DNA of 64,000 bases, from assembly GCF_964355755.1 (NCBI RefSeq), contig NC_092679.1, positions 16,723,432-16,787,431 on the forward strand. The letters are read 5' to 3'. This stretch comes from Antedon mediterranea. Lineage: Eukaryota; Animalia; Echinodermata. The notes beneath the pieces are model-generated. The model made no database searches. It was not told where the DNA came from and saw only the letters and a program-made list of their open reading frames with translations. A program made the translations under genes and the position numbers. This document shows positions 37,654 to 55,715 of this stretch, piece after piece. Positions within the stretch are counted from its first letter, which is position 1, and every line of letters begins with the position of its first letter.

Positions 37654-40121
37654 CTACTTTGTCGTAATCACTTTTACAAATTCTGTAATGAAAAAACACA
37701 TCGTTACTTCCTTTTTGTAGAGTTTTTCAAACATTCATTTTAGGCCTCTAAAGGTACGCGAGTGGATGCCGTTTGGATGTGTGTAGAGTATCATAATAAT
37801 GGGTAGTTAAATGTAAAAACGAGTACGCGACTGTCATGTGCGATGTAAACAATATTTACGTTCGTAGTAGACTTGGCCATCGCCATCAATGCCTGCATCC
37901 CTGATCATTTCATTCACTTTATCATCAGTCAACTTCTCACCAAGGTTTGCCATCACATGCCTTAATTCAGCAGCGCTAGAAATAAACAATAAAAGAATAA
38001 ACGTAGATGGAAGAATGACTTGATAGGTTGATTCGTTAAGCTCTGTCTACACTATCAAACTTTATGTGACAAAAAAATGTGATGTGCCCATATATGGACA
38101 TGATGATGTCATATCACTCCCATATTTGGAGACATTATAAGTGTTTTTGTCGAACTAGTTTGATAGTGTAGACAGGGAGCTTTACACAAGTTGGCTTATC
38201 ATAGTTGTGCTCCCATCAACAGACAAAAGAGGATCTATACGGTAACTCGTGCATTATCGAAACCGTTGTATGTATGGAAATATTCCTACAGAAGTCCGAT
38301 CCTGACTTTCTGATTTCGTTTAATCGTGAAATTCGAATCAACAATTTTTTGCGTAGTGCTTGCGCAGGCGCAGATTGATTTGTTTACAAAGTGAGCGAAG
38401 CTTGCGCGTTGCATGTTTACGTGATCTGCGAAAATCCCTAATATCGAAAAATCTTACCTGATGTAACCACTGCTGTCTTTATCAAACACACTGAAAGCGA
38501 TTCGAATCTCTTCTTCAGTATCTGTGTCCTTCAATTTTTCAGCCATTATTGTAAGAAATTCTTGGAAATCTATTGTGCTGTCAACTACCATTTCATGTAT
38601 TGTCCCCCAAAAACATGAACAATGAAAATTAATAAAATATAACTTTAAATAGGCCATTTTAGTAGTTTTAATAAAATTGTTCACTTCTGTAAAAAAAGAA
38701 GTATTTAAATTATAAGAAGACAAACGAACCGGTTAATTTTAACCAAGAAACATTGTCTGACCGACAATATTTTTTGCTATTACATTTTTTTAGGTAAATC
38801 ATTTTTTTTCGATCCAGTTTTTGGTCAAAGTGAATAACTATTACGTGACATTAAAATGGCATTTCAACAACAAAATTGACGAAAAACTATTTTTAGGAGG
38901 ATAATATAACTTTATACTAAATGTTTCTCTCGGATAATTGAATCTAATGAATGTTCATATTGACGAAATGTGGACGGGAAAAACCAAAACTTACAGTCAT
39001 GATCGACGACTTCATCGATCATGTCCTTGAGTTCTGCCTCTGTTGGGCTCTCTCCAAGAGATCGCATGATAGTTCCGAGTTCTTTAGGGGTGATGGTAGG
39101 CCCACCATCCTCATTTTTGTCAAATAAGAAGAAAGCCTCCTTAAATTCTGAAAAAACCCAGTGTACCGATTTAAATAAAATATTATCTGTTTTTATTATG
39201 TATTTATATTGTTTATGTGGAAATTTTCCCTTGATGACATCAGTAGGTAATAACATTGAAATAAAAATACTAAAATGAATGTGTACACAAAAATGCCAAA
39301 CTGTAAGCTATACTGTATATTTCATTCACCCACAACAACTTCGCGTGCTACACGCTGGTGGTATACGAATCTTGGTTCCGCTTTGAAAGGCGAATTGATT
39401 ATGTTTTGTTTAGCGGTTTGAAAATTATATCTGTTGATTTTTAGGCCTGTAACTCGTAACGTTTCTTACCTGCAATTTGCTCCTCTGTAAATTGATCAAC
39501 CTAAATAACGATTGTGTACAAAACATTAAGCATTTAATAGTATCACACAATATTTCAATACTATGAGTTAGGATACCTTATAATGTTTAGATACTGTATA
39601 CAAATTAAATCGATTGTTTGTTTTTTTTGCTGTATGTCCACATTTACAACTAGGCTGTGGCATCATAATAATATTGATTTTATAGTGTCATATCCGCAAA
39701 AAAGTACTCATGGCTCTCTCAAGTTAACAATAGAGGGAGAAAGGGGATTCCAAGTCTGTATTTTCGTTTCGAATTTTGTCTGAAAATACAGTTAACAAGC
39801 TCAAGTAGTATACGTATGAAATGCATATATGCAAAATATTTATATTTTTACTAATATTAGGTCAAAACTCCGTCTGGACTACCAGAGTTTCTCGGTTCGA
39901 ATTTATTGTGGTGGGCCATTTCAGATTTTAGAGCAACGGTATAAAAATCTCTTGAACCCAATTGTTTTCGTGGTCGGCGCTGTTCTTCAAGAAGTTGTCA
40001 GATGAACGCATCATTTCCATAATTTGTATTGTTCACTAATTAACAATTTCAGCCCAAACAATGACCTTCGGCTGTGTATGACAAATAGCCTACTACACGC
40101 TATCCTACTAACACTCACCAT
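37654..40121 (-). CDS. Divergent calmodulin-like protein, 152 aa, open reading frame intact
   Basis: Exons 40121-40119 (ATG only), 39500-39470, 39147-38995, 38584-38458, 37975-37860 and 37682-37654, with the same intron positions as the neighbouring CaM. Product [152 protein letters not shown]. Confidence 0.8.
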
Positions 40122-40277
40122 TTTAAAATAGGTAGGCCTACAGTAGGCAGATGATATCGAGTAGTAATGGTATACAATTTAATTGGTAAGACGAATCGGT
40201 GACTGCATAATCACGTACAACGATAATATATTTATCAAGTAACAAACAACATGTATACAACATTATTTTTGGACTTT

Positions 40278-40287
40278 GGAAATTCCC
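40278..40287 (-). promoter_or_regulatory. NF-kB consensus site upstream of the calmodulin-like gene
   Basis: GGGAATTTCC inside a 39-bp block identical to 36434-36472, about 160 bp upstream of the ATG. Confidence 0.5.
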
Positions 40288-41065
40288 GTAGACACTTCAT
40301 CATAATTGCATAATGTTGTGGGTGGAACAAAGTGCGCCATCTTGCGACTGGGCATAATAGATAGAATAGCTAAAGATTATATATAAAATAGGCTTCGGCT
40401 TTTATTATATCTATGGTTACAGTACTGTAGAATAAACCCCAAACATTTCCAACCATTCAAGAAAAGCAAATGAATGAACAAGTTGATCGATCCCTCCCGG
40501 AGAGATTACAATTTTAAAAAGTAGTATGCAGTAGTAGTAGTATCGTATTTTAGTGTTTTTTTAAACGCAACCGTTTCCAGTATTTTAGTAGCCACTGGAT
40601 AATGCATTGAGAAGGAGAGGAGAAGGGTATCTTGAAGAGATCATTCTGCTGATAATTATATTATTTTCTTTCACATTTTGATAAACAAAACAGAAGACAT
40701 TAAATATGTCTGAAAAGTGCAAAATTTCTTTTAATAATGTTATTTTTACATTAACAGCAGGACATGAACAATATTTAGGCTAGGCGTATCTATAAAACAA
40801 ATTTAAATAAGACATCATAGAGAGCGTTTGATTTTCTAATCTTCAGTCCTTCTTCACACTGTATATTTATGCTATTTTAAGGTTGAGCAGAATCAAAATA
40901 TAGGCCTAGTGCAATGTAACATAATTTACAGATATATCTACTAAAATCAATTGATACGTATTGCTGGTATTTTCATAATCGTTGCAATATCGAAGTCATG
41001 CGTCGGTTAGGCCTTCGTATTTTCCATTACATAAAAACAAAATGTTGATCATCAAAAGGACTGTT

Positions 41066-45405
<4,340 letters not shown>

Positions 45406-48400
45406 TTTGTAAGAAGGTGGTATGGATTGATGAAAGGTAGTTAATCTACGGTGGTTGCAGCAGAACTGAAAGACAATCTATGTGGTGATAGGATTGCGAA
45501 CAAACGGTATGCAAATGAGCGACCTGTTGAGACGAATCGCTGATGACTACTGCACAACTACTAAATTGTTAAGTTTTATTCATGCATTCTTTGTCCGCTA
45601 GTAACCACTCAACCGATCCGTGCCAACGATTTGTATTATCCTTTACCCTGAAAATATCGAGGTTAATCTTGTATCTCATGAACTGTATGCCAATTTGTCC
45701 TATTATATATATGAGCACGGCGGATCCTGACAGAGAGCCGGGGGAATCGGGCAACACTTCCTCCCTAATAACCTAATTTGGGGAATTTCAGCTGTATATT
45801 ATTTTATATTCAATACTGCCAAACTAACATTGACAATTTGGTATAAAAATCGTGACTAATAAATTAGCATATGGTTAATAATACGCATTTGCGTTTGTAT
45901 CTAGGCGCGCCTATATTTTATTTTCAATCAAATTCTTGACAGAAGATAAATGTTATTACTTGACTAATGCTTACAAAGCATTTGGCAAGTATAACAATTG
46001 CTTGGTATGATCATGGACCTATACATTAGGTCCATGGATGAATGTATACATTATTTTTCTGAACGGTTTTTAGTCGCGTCCAACGTGTCGGTTGGTCGGT
46101 AAACACTAACTTGAGCACGTGACTTCAGCCACATGTATATGGCCTTAATTGTTTTTAGATTCATATTGCTAACCAAAGCTATCTTTACTTTGGAATCTTG
46201 CTAAACATTTAAGTGTATTCCTTACTTATTTTCAAATAGATATATACCTACAGACCATGCCTATTGATTTTCATGAAATAATGTTGATGAGGTCACAAAC
46301 GTATATTAAAAGCTGGAGTTATATATATGTATCTTCAATATTGTCCAAAATAACAAATATCGCGCTCTCTTCCGGGGTGCGCATTTTCCAAGTTTCTGAG
46401 CGCATTGAATTATAAGTATAAAACTTTATTTAGAATGACCCATGCAACAACAACCAAACTTATTATTTGTATTTGTTCAGGGCCACAATATTATATATTA
46501 AAAATAACCTTACAAAGTATAAGCAAGTCTACTGAATTACTGTAACAATCATTACAAATTCAGTTGACCATATTTGGTCAGTTAAAATAATTCGTATTTT
46601 TTACATATTGGTAATTAGATGCAAAGTTAATCGAAACTCTTTACTCATAAATAAAAATTGGAATCGATCGCTATACTGAGTTTCAATTATGTATTGTTTT
46701 CTTATCATTTCTTGTATAGCAGTAAAACTCGAACCAGTAAAAAACAAACAATTAAATTTATATATAACTCTGGCGTTATATTGTCTTAATGCACTGCGAC
46801 TCATGATTACAATAAACTTTGAATTGATTGATAATATAATTATAGCTAATTTGTTATCTTAAATTGAATTATATTATTATTATTACCTGATTAATTCAGA
46901 GCACGAAAGGGAGTGGCAATAATTATTCAATAATTTTAGAAATTATGTCCGTGACTATTGTGTCGTTATTGATGATAAAAAATTTACACAAATAATAAAA
47001 AGAAAATAGAGGTCAGCTTAGAAAAGAACTCCTGGATTCAGGGATTGTTGTTAAAAAATTAAATAATTGCAGCAGTGTTTTCTGTTATAAAAATAAAATA
47101 AATCCTATAAAAATACAATAATGTACTATCGTATTATTACTTAATCGCATTCAGCATATAACTGCAAATATGTCAAGTTTAAATCAATCATATACTCGGT
47201 CTATAGTTTACAACAAAAAACTAATGAAAAAAGTCAAGTCAACTTTTCCTTCGGACAGACATGCGCAACAGCGAATCAGCTGGCGCCTTTTATGCTAAGT
47301 TGAAAAAAGTTGGTGACGTCGGCCATATTTTGAAATTGTTTATGATTAACATAAAGATGAAAAGAAATAGACTTTAATATGTCTATATATCGTTGGTTCC
47401 CTTCCGCATGATTGTTAATTATGCAAGTCAAAACAAATGCCCACGACGAATGCTATCGATCATAATTCTTGTTTTAATCGATGAGAAAAAGGCGGACGTT
47501 TTGTAGATTCAATAAACCTGGCTACTTTTTCTAAACTAGAGTTAAAAAACTGGCGATTTCAAATGTACAATAATGCAGGACAATAATATATGTCGTTTAC
47601 AGGAACGATTAAATAGACACTGTGATTTATGTACTCAACTAAAATTAGCACACTGGGAACTACTTTCGAAAGAGAAACTTGTCACAAAATGAGACCAATT
47701 GTTTAAGTCAAATTTAAAAAAACTTAATTTGTGTTTTGTATGTAACATTATGGTTGAAGGATGGGGAAGAGGATAGGTGCAAAGAGGAAAAATTTTTAAA
47801 TATATTCTTTATTTTGTAACGAAATATTAATTAACATGTTTTACAAATAATATACCACTAAACACAGTAAAACATTGCGATGTAATACTTTGTTGAAACT
47901 ATCACCGTCGTAGTCGATTGAAATAGTACAGTACATGTAACGATACACTACGACGTATGTTTATATATAATGTTAAACAATTTGTGAAAACCACCTCTAT
48001 TCGGGGCAAATCATAAATTCGATTTAATCGGTAATAAATATTAAATTACGGCGACTGAAAACGCTAGCTCATTATCCGTTTCAAAAAAAATTATATCCAA
48101 CCTCTGCAGCACAGATTGAAAAAAAAATGGATCAAATTTCTGTTATGAGTATACAGTACTTTCCTTTACGACGCCTGAGGGAATAGACACTTGTGGAACG
48201 ACACAGAGATTGGAATGTTCCATTCATCGCAAATCAATACATTTGTATAAACGTATATTAAATCTATCAAAATAGTATTTTTTTAAGAAAACATCAACAT
48301 TATGATACTGTACTCGAGCTGTTCAACCGGTTTTCAGCTATTAAAAACAATTATCGTAGGAGGAGATAGGAAAATGCGAAGCCTCCTCGCATTTTTGTGG

Positions 48401-48766
48401 CGGATATTTTTCAAGATGGACATCCATTAGACAGTGTATACCACGATCGAAAAACACCCCTATTTGGGGCAAATCGTTGAACCTAAATTCGTTTTAATCG
48501 TCAATAACTAATTATCGAACTCAATTTAATTAGTAAACAGGGTTACATCAGGTGGTTAAAATCAGTACCGAAAGTACGAACCAACTTTATATACCATCGA
48601 GTAAACATTCTAGAAATAACGCGTGATTTACCGAATTTTGCCCTTACGTAAATTTATATATAGATACCTGCTGACAACAGGACGGAAGTAAGATAATATT
48701 TTCTTTTGCAAGTTCAACGCAAAATTTGGGACGTGGTTACTGCATATACGGCAACCGTTGCACATG

Positions 48767-49570
48767 CTGATCGGCAGTGACCTTTTCACGCTTACCTGAT
48801 CGGCAGTGACTTTTCTACTCTTCCCTGATCGGCAGTGACCTTTTTCACTCTTCCCTGATTGAGAGTGACCTTTTTTCACTCTTCCCTGATCGGCAGTGAT
48901 CTTTTTCACTCTTCCCTGATCGGCAGTGACCTTTCACTCTTCCCTGATCGGCAGTGACCTTTGTCACTCTTCCCTTATCGGCAGTGACCTTTGTCACTCT
49001 TCCCTGATCGGCAGTGACCTTTGTCACTCTTCCCTGATTGGCGGTGACCTTTGTCACCCTTCCCTAATTGGCAATAACCTTTGTCACTCTTCCTTGATCG
49101 GCAGTGACCTTTTTCACTCTTCCCTGATCGGCAGTGACATTTGTCACTCTTCCGTGATCGGCAGACCTTTGTCACTCTTCCCTGATCGGCGATTCGGCAC
49201 TGATCTTTATCACTCTTCTCTGATCGGCGGTGACCTTTGTCACTCTTCCTTGATCGGCAGTGACCATTTTCACTCTTCCCTGATTGGCGGTGACCTTTGT
49301 CACTCTTCCCTGATCGGCAGTGACCATTTTCACTCTTCCCTGATCAGCGGTGACCTTTTTCACTCTTCCCTGATCGGCAGTGACCATTTTCACTCTTCCC
49401 CGATCAGCGGTGACCTTTTTCACTCTTCCTTGACTGACAGTGACCTTTTTCACACTTCCCTGATCGGCAGTGACCTTTTTAAATCTTCCCCGATCGGCAG
49501 TGACCCTTTTTCACTCTACCCCGATCGGCAGTGACCCCTTTTCATTCTTCCCCGATCGGCAGTGACCCTT
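48767..49570. repeat. 30-bp minisatellite
   Basis: Unit TGATCGGCAGTGACCTTTGTCACTCTTCCC, about 27 copies. Confidence 0.93.
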
Positions 49571-49759
49571 TTTTTTAGAAAAGTGGGATGAACATTAATA
49601 TAAGACAAAAAAAGAACATCAGTAATCGTCATCAATATATTGTGCTATGTTACTATGTAAACATTTATATTATTTTGTACTTACTAAAATAACGGCTTGT
49701 GTTACAGTATATAACACATTGTTTTCATTTATTATGCTTCACAAGACAGACGCAGACAC

Positions 49760-50265
49760 ATGAAAGTATGACGTGATCTATAATGTGACAGTATTATGAC
49801 GTAATCTATAACGTGAAAGTATTTGACGTGATCTATAACTGATGTGATAGTATTATGACGTAATATATAAGGTGAAAGTATTATGACGTGATCTATAACG
49901 TGAAAGTATTATGACGTGACAGTATTAAATATTATGACGTGATCTATAACGTGAAAGTATTATGACGTGATCTATAACGTGAAAGTATTATGACGTGATC
50001 TATAACGTGAAAGTATTATGACGTGTCCTATAACGTGAAAGTATTATGACGTGTTCTATAACGTGACAGTATTAACTATTATGACGTGATCTATAACGTA
50101 AAAGTATTATGACGTAATCTATAACGTGACAATATTATGACGTAATCTATAACGTGATATTATTATGACGTGATCTATAACGTGACAGCATTATGATGTA
50201 ATCTATAATGTGAAAGTATTGTGACGTGATCTATATCTTGAAAGTATTATGACGTAACCTATAAC
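49760..50265. repeat. 28-bp minisatellite
   Basis: Unit ACGTGATCTATAACGTGAAAGTATTATG, about 17 copies. Confidence 0.92.
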
Positions 50266-51105
50266 AAGAAATATTTAACATGATCTAAACTAGTAGGCCT
50301 GGTTAAAGATTAGTGTAAAAGGCATTCCATGCGTTACAGGCGGTTAAGGCTTATATATTATACAGTAACAATTATAAGATACCTTAAAACTAATGAATAC
50401 CATGATCTACAAAAGTATAAAGTGGAATAATGATTGTATTATAATATGGATGTTCTAATCTCTAATAACATTATATGACTAGTAAAGTTATTATATATAT
50501 TATGTAGTTTCAACATTGTTTAAATATTTTAATAATACTGTAATAATATACGAATGTTTGGAGTATCAACTTTCCCATTATGATTATACACATGTTAGCA
50601 TACTAAGTGGACGCCATTTATATCGATTGCAATGATTAATATCAAGTACCATAATAAGATAATACGTGGAATGTTGGAGTCCACCAGCGGACGTTTTATC
50701 GTTTGATAATGTACGGTTGATAAAGATTTAACAACCCGTTCCATTCATCATAAACATTGACGAGTATTTATTTATTTATAGGCCTATACAGTATACAATT
50801 TCACAGTGTAAAAGGCAGTTTAGATCTAGAAGATCAGGTGATCTTTGCTTTAGTTCAAGTAAGATTGTTTGGCAATCAAGGTATATTTAGCAAATCATAA
50901 TTTGGTACATTTATTTACATAATGCAAGACATTTGACATTTACATGTTAAGACCAACCTGCGGTCATGGTGCATGCTATGTTATGTTTTGTTGATTGTAT
51001 ATTGTTAAAATAATTGTTTATGTATGTGTTTACAAGGCGGCTCCTTGATCACAGTATCTGCTATTTGTTGTTAGCCACAGTAAACAAAACACTCTATTCT
51101 AAATT

Positions 51106-54100
51106 CTACTTTAGTGGCTTTCGGCAAACACCACAGTTTTGATTGTTACTTTCTAATTGTCGGAAACAACTTCCACAACATGCGTGCGAACAGTACACTG
51201 GAGACTTCTTATTCCGCAGAGGTCCCCAACAAATTGGACATTTCTGATCATGATCGCTGGCAAACTGATCTGTAGGCCAAGCATTACTGTGTATGCCTAC
51301 ACTTGAGAGATTATCCTGGAAGTCTTCTTCAAGAAATGCAGAAGAGAAGTACCCAGTATCCATTGAACTTCTCGACAGTAATGTTGGATCACTAGTCGGG
51401 ATATTTGTGTTCAATTGCGGCAATCTTTCTTCGATTAAAGAAATCCCCCTTTCATCCCAGTCTACTATTCGAATCTCCCTTACATGTTTAGTTGGTTTCA
51501 CCAAGAATCTAGAAAGTGCATTTACAAATGATTTTGCAAAAACACTACGTGGTATACCATAAGAAGCTGTAGATCAAAAGAAAATGGTGTAAGAAAGTCA
51601 ATACACAAGAAATAATAAGCAATACTGCATGCTTTACGAGTATACCATCATTATGTCACTTTTAAACTACGCACTTTTGCCGCAACGCAACGTAAGCACA
51701 TACTCTTCTATTAATTTCGCACCCCCCTCTTACGAAAAAATAAATGATCATTGTTGCAACGTGCGCAATATGTCTACGGCACCATGATTACGTCACTAGC
51801 TCTGGCACGCAAGGTTATATTCTTACGGCACTTTGCGCCGATACGTTGCGTCTACATCTTGTTGCGTCCTAATGAGAACGAAGCTTTAAGAGCGTTCTTT
51901 TGCAGCATATATAATTGATTGATAATGTTTATCTATACCCATAACTTGCCAACACATTATTAAAGACTTACCTGTTCCAAGAAGTGGCAGTACAATCGAA
52001 TTTGCAGAGAGATTATCTCGTCCAGCTTTAAATATTTTGAACAACATTCCTTCAAGAAGTTGTTCTGTGCCATATTCATTCCAACGAGGAACCACGGCAT
52101 TTACAACATGTGAGCAAGCAATGCCTTCATCAACGTCCACCCATACAATCTCACCATCTCTCACATTTCCATGATTCATGATCCAACGGGCACATTGTGA
52201 TTTGAACTTTGGCCCACAAAGTTCACTAATTTGTCCTGCAATACCTTGATTACATTGCAGTCCGTTATCTGATGAGCAGACAATGACACTTGCAAATTCA
52301 TCGAGGATGTTACTTTTTGTCCCGATAACTTTAACATTTTTAACTGTAATTTCGAAGATTTTACGACTACCAGAGCACATAGAATCGGAAAAATCACAAC
52401 CACCTCTCTGTCCATTACCTCTTTTAGAATTAGCTGAGGGAAACGATCTCTTGGGGATCACAGCACTATCAAACTGATGTCCATTTGTTATCCCTGTTGG
52501 TTTCCTACTGCTTGGTTGATGAACACTCCCATTACGTGGTAAGGGGTTTGTTCGAGTATCCGACGAGTTAGGCTTTACTTTTTGGACTGCTTGTGAAGTG
52601 GTGGCAGTCAAATATCTACTACTACCAGGAGAACCAAGCATCTCTCTAAATTTGGTCTTAGCAGAATTAATATCTTTACTCTTTCCATAGATATAGAATT
52701 TGTTTCCAATTACTTTTACCAATACAGATTTTGATTGAGTCAACTCTTTTTCTGCAGGAATATATTGCTTTGAATCTGCTTCCTCTGGTGTCAGGGTAAA
52801 CATTTCTTCTTCAGTATTTAACTCGATGGTGTCTGTTAAATTTCTAAATTCCTTAGTAGCTTCTTGTAGCCCCTTGGTATTATCAGATACATTTGATTTT
52901 ATGATAACTGCTGTTCCTTTTTGATTGATGGTAACTTTATTTTTTCGTTGTATGTGATCCAAATCACTGGAATGAACTTTTTGAACATAATTCAATAGGT
53001 TTTCTGATCCCTTTACCGTGTGTGTTGTACTTGAGTGTTGAAAATGAGTGTTACTATTAAAAGAATGAGTAGAATCTTGCGTGTCTTTACTCTTTGAGTC
53101 ATGTTTTGTTAATGAAGGATTGTTATGGATGCCTGTTCTCTTTGACGCCGTTGATGAAACTGACGTTGATGTTTTTCCACTAGAAGGTCCAAGCATCTGT
53201 TTAAGTTTACTTTTAGCAGCATCGATGTCAGGTCGTGTTCCATAGAAGTAGAATTTTCTTCCTACGACCTTCACCAGTAGTCGCATTGATTCGGTCAATT
53301 CTTTTTCGGCAACAAAATAATTCTTCGATTCTGCTTCTTCTAAGGTCAATGTAACAACTTCTTCTTTAGTCTCTGATGTAACCTTTTTTATTAAGTTCTT
53401 CAGTTCTTCAACAGCTTCATGAGTGTTATCGGATCCAACTGATTTGACGGTAACAGTTGTTTGGCTTGTCCTATCAAAATTTACTTTATTTTGACGTTGC
53501 ATCCGATCTAATTCTTCATGATGGAAAACTTGAATATAATTTAAAGCGTCCTCTTTACCTTGTACACTGATTGGTCGACTTGAATCACTGATTGTTTTTC
53601 TGTTGACACCTTTTGGTTTAGGACATTTCTCTTCTTCGTAATCCATTTTTTCACTGTCATCACTTGAAAATACATCTTCCACTTTATCTTTAAATTGTAC
53701 ATCGATTGTTGACCTGTTGGTACCTTTGGGTTTTGAACATTCTTCGTCACTTGAAAAAACATCTTCCACTTTTCCATTAGAATATACATCACATAGATTC
53801 TGTTGCCGACCGGAGTATCCACTAGTAGAAGTATGTGCCTCTTCTGACCTTTGATTAGAAACTTGCACTGTTCTTGTTTCATATTTAGTCTTCGAGTCGT
53901 GTTTTGTAGCTGTCGTTGAGTGATTGCTATTTCCACTAGAAGAGGTTGTAGACTGTGAAGACGTGGTGCCACTAGAAGATCCAAGCATCTGTCTAAGTTT
54001 GCGTTTAGCAGCATCGATGTCAGGTCGTGTTCCATGGAAGTAGAATTTTTTTCCTATGACTTTCACCAGTAGTTGCACTGAGTTGGTCAATTCTTTTTCT

Positions 54101-55715
54101 GCAGCAGAATAATTCTTTGATTGAGCTTCCTCTGAGGTCAAGGCAACCACTTCTTGTTCAGTCTCTGTTAACACCTTTTCAACCAGGTTCCTCAATTTGT
54201 CTGCTGCTTTATGAATATTACCAGAACCAGCTGATTTTATGATGACAGTGTTTTGATTTGTCTGATCAACAGTTACTTTGTGTTGACGTTGAATCCTATT
54301 TAAGTCTTCAAAATGGACAGCTTGGATATAATTCAATGCATCCTCTTTACACTGTATACTGATTGGTTGACTTGAGTCACTGGTTGTTGGTCTGCTGTTA
54401 CCTTTAGTTTCTGAGCTTTCATCTTCGCAATCCATGGTTCCACTGTCGTCACTTGAAAATACATCTTCCACGTCCTCATTAGACGATGCATTGCCTGTAC
54501 CTCTATGTTGTTGCCAAGTGGAGTAAGCATCGCTATTGGATGTGTATGCTTTTTGTGACGTTTGATGCCATTGAGTTGCAAACCGTTTCTCCTGAAACAA
54601 ATATTTAAAAGTTTTAAAATTGATTTTTTTTGTGGAAAGTTTTTATATATTAGATAACAAATCTTGTGAATAAATCCTTTAACAATCCAGGTATTTACTT
54701 TTGAAGACATCTATTAACAAATAGGAAACAAATTATTGTTGATGTTACACTACCATTTTGGTTGTCCTTGCTTCTTTGGTTTGTAGGTGAACTTTGACAT
54801 TTCCAATGACATGACACCTTGATGACCTCATTAACGAAGATGCCACTGTGATGGAAAATAAAAAGAAAGTGAAAACAAAATTATTTTACACATGTAGAGA
54901 GTTTTTGGAGATGCTTCTTTGTGAAGTATGATTAAAACAGCTCTGTCTTTTTTTGAATTGCCCCGTGTGGGATGATTAAAGAATTTTGAATTGAATTGAA
55001 TTGAATTGTCTACACTATCAAACTTTATGTGACAAAACAAATGTGATGTGCCCATATATGGACACGATGACGTCACTTTTTAGTGATTATTCAATCTCAT
55101 ATAATTTAGTGACTACTGTTTTACATGATATCCACTAATTAAATTTAAATTTACGACCACATCAATTCTATAAAGGGAATTTAAGTCATCTATGATCTTT
55201 GTTAATACAGTACAAACTTTATTGCGGCAATAGAGGGCAGTGTAGGGGTTTTTCTGTATTGGAAATGCAATTTGTCGTATTCGAGTGGGACCGTTGAGTA
55301 GTAATGGCATACTGACTCAATGGCATATTTATGATGTGTTTGTCCCAGAAGTTGATTGGCTGTGCTAGGGGTACGCGCTTACCCCTTCTGACATCTAACT
55401 ATTAATGTTATATGTATTGTTAGCGTTCTGTTTAAAAACAATCCTGGATTTTCCCGCCCCGCAAGATTTAAACCTACCGTCAGGATTATCAAACATGATA
55501 ACTGCTGTGTCTTCATCAACCCTTATGATCGTATTTATATCACCACCACCATTTCGTCTTTTTCCAAAGTAAAGTTCCAGCTTGTCCTCGCTGTACCCAT
55601 TAATCTCTTTGATACCAGTCACCAGCACAGAATTTGGATGCTCCACACACCTTACAGGATCCATCACACACCCTTCTATTCCGAACAAGACATGTACATT
55701 AGAGGGAATTGTCAT
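51106..55715 (-). CDS. Gene C: RRM-like + 3x KH-like module + macrodomain + C-terminal C3HC4 RING protein, about 1120-1136 aa
   Basis: In-frame exons 55715 (or 55664)-55478, 54845-54754, 54591-51972 and 51566-51106, with a probable non-coding exon ending at 56461. LELYFGKRRNGGGDI; macro motifs SNILDEFASVIV, QGIAGQI, CSHVVNAVVP and SIVLPLLGTASYGIP; RING CPIC-x11-CSHACCGSC-x10-CGVC (51124-51240), then RKPLK and stop. Confidence 0.85.
54948..55005 (+). mobile_element. Extremely 5'-truncated LINE/SINE 3' end inserted in a MITE TIR
   Basis: GCTCTGTCT-[TTTTTTGAATTGCCCCGTGTGGGATGATTAAAG...(TTGAA)4]-TGTCTACACTATC: TGTCT is duplicated; short stem, ATTAAA signal and (TTGAA)n tail. Confidence 0.65.

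Noticed and set aside
21257-38418. 40-bp match GATTTGTTTACAAAGTG.GCG.AGCTTGCGCGTTGCATGTT at about 21257 and 38377
   Set aside because: Most likely fragments of a dispersed repeat; no definable ends.
48628-49534. Repeat ORFs (KVTADQGRV)n and (HSSLIGSDL)n
   Set aside because: Translations of the 30-bp minisatellite; open on both strands with no splice context.
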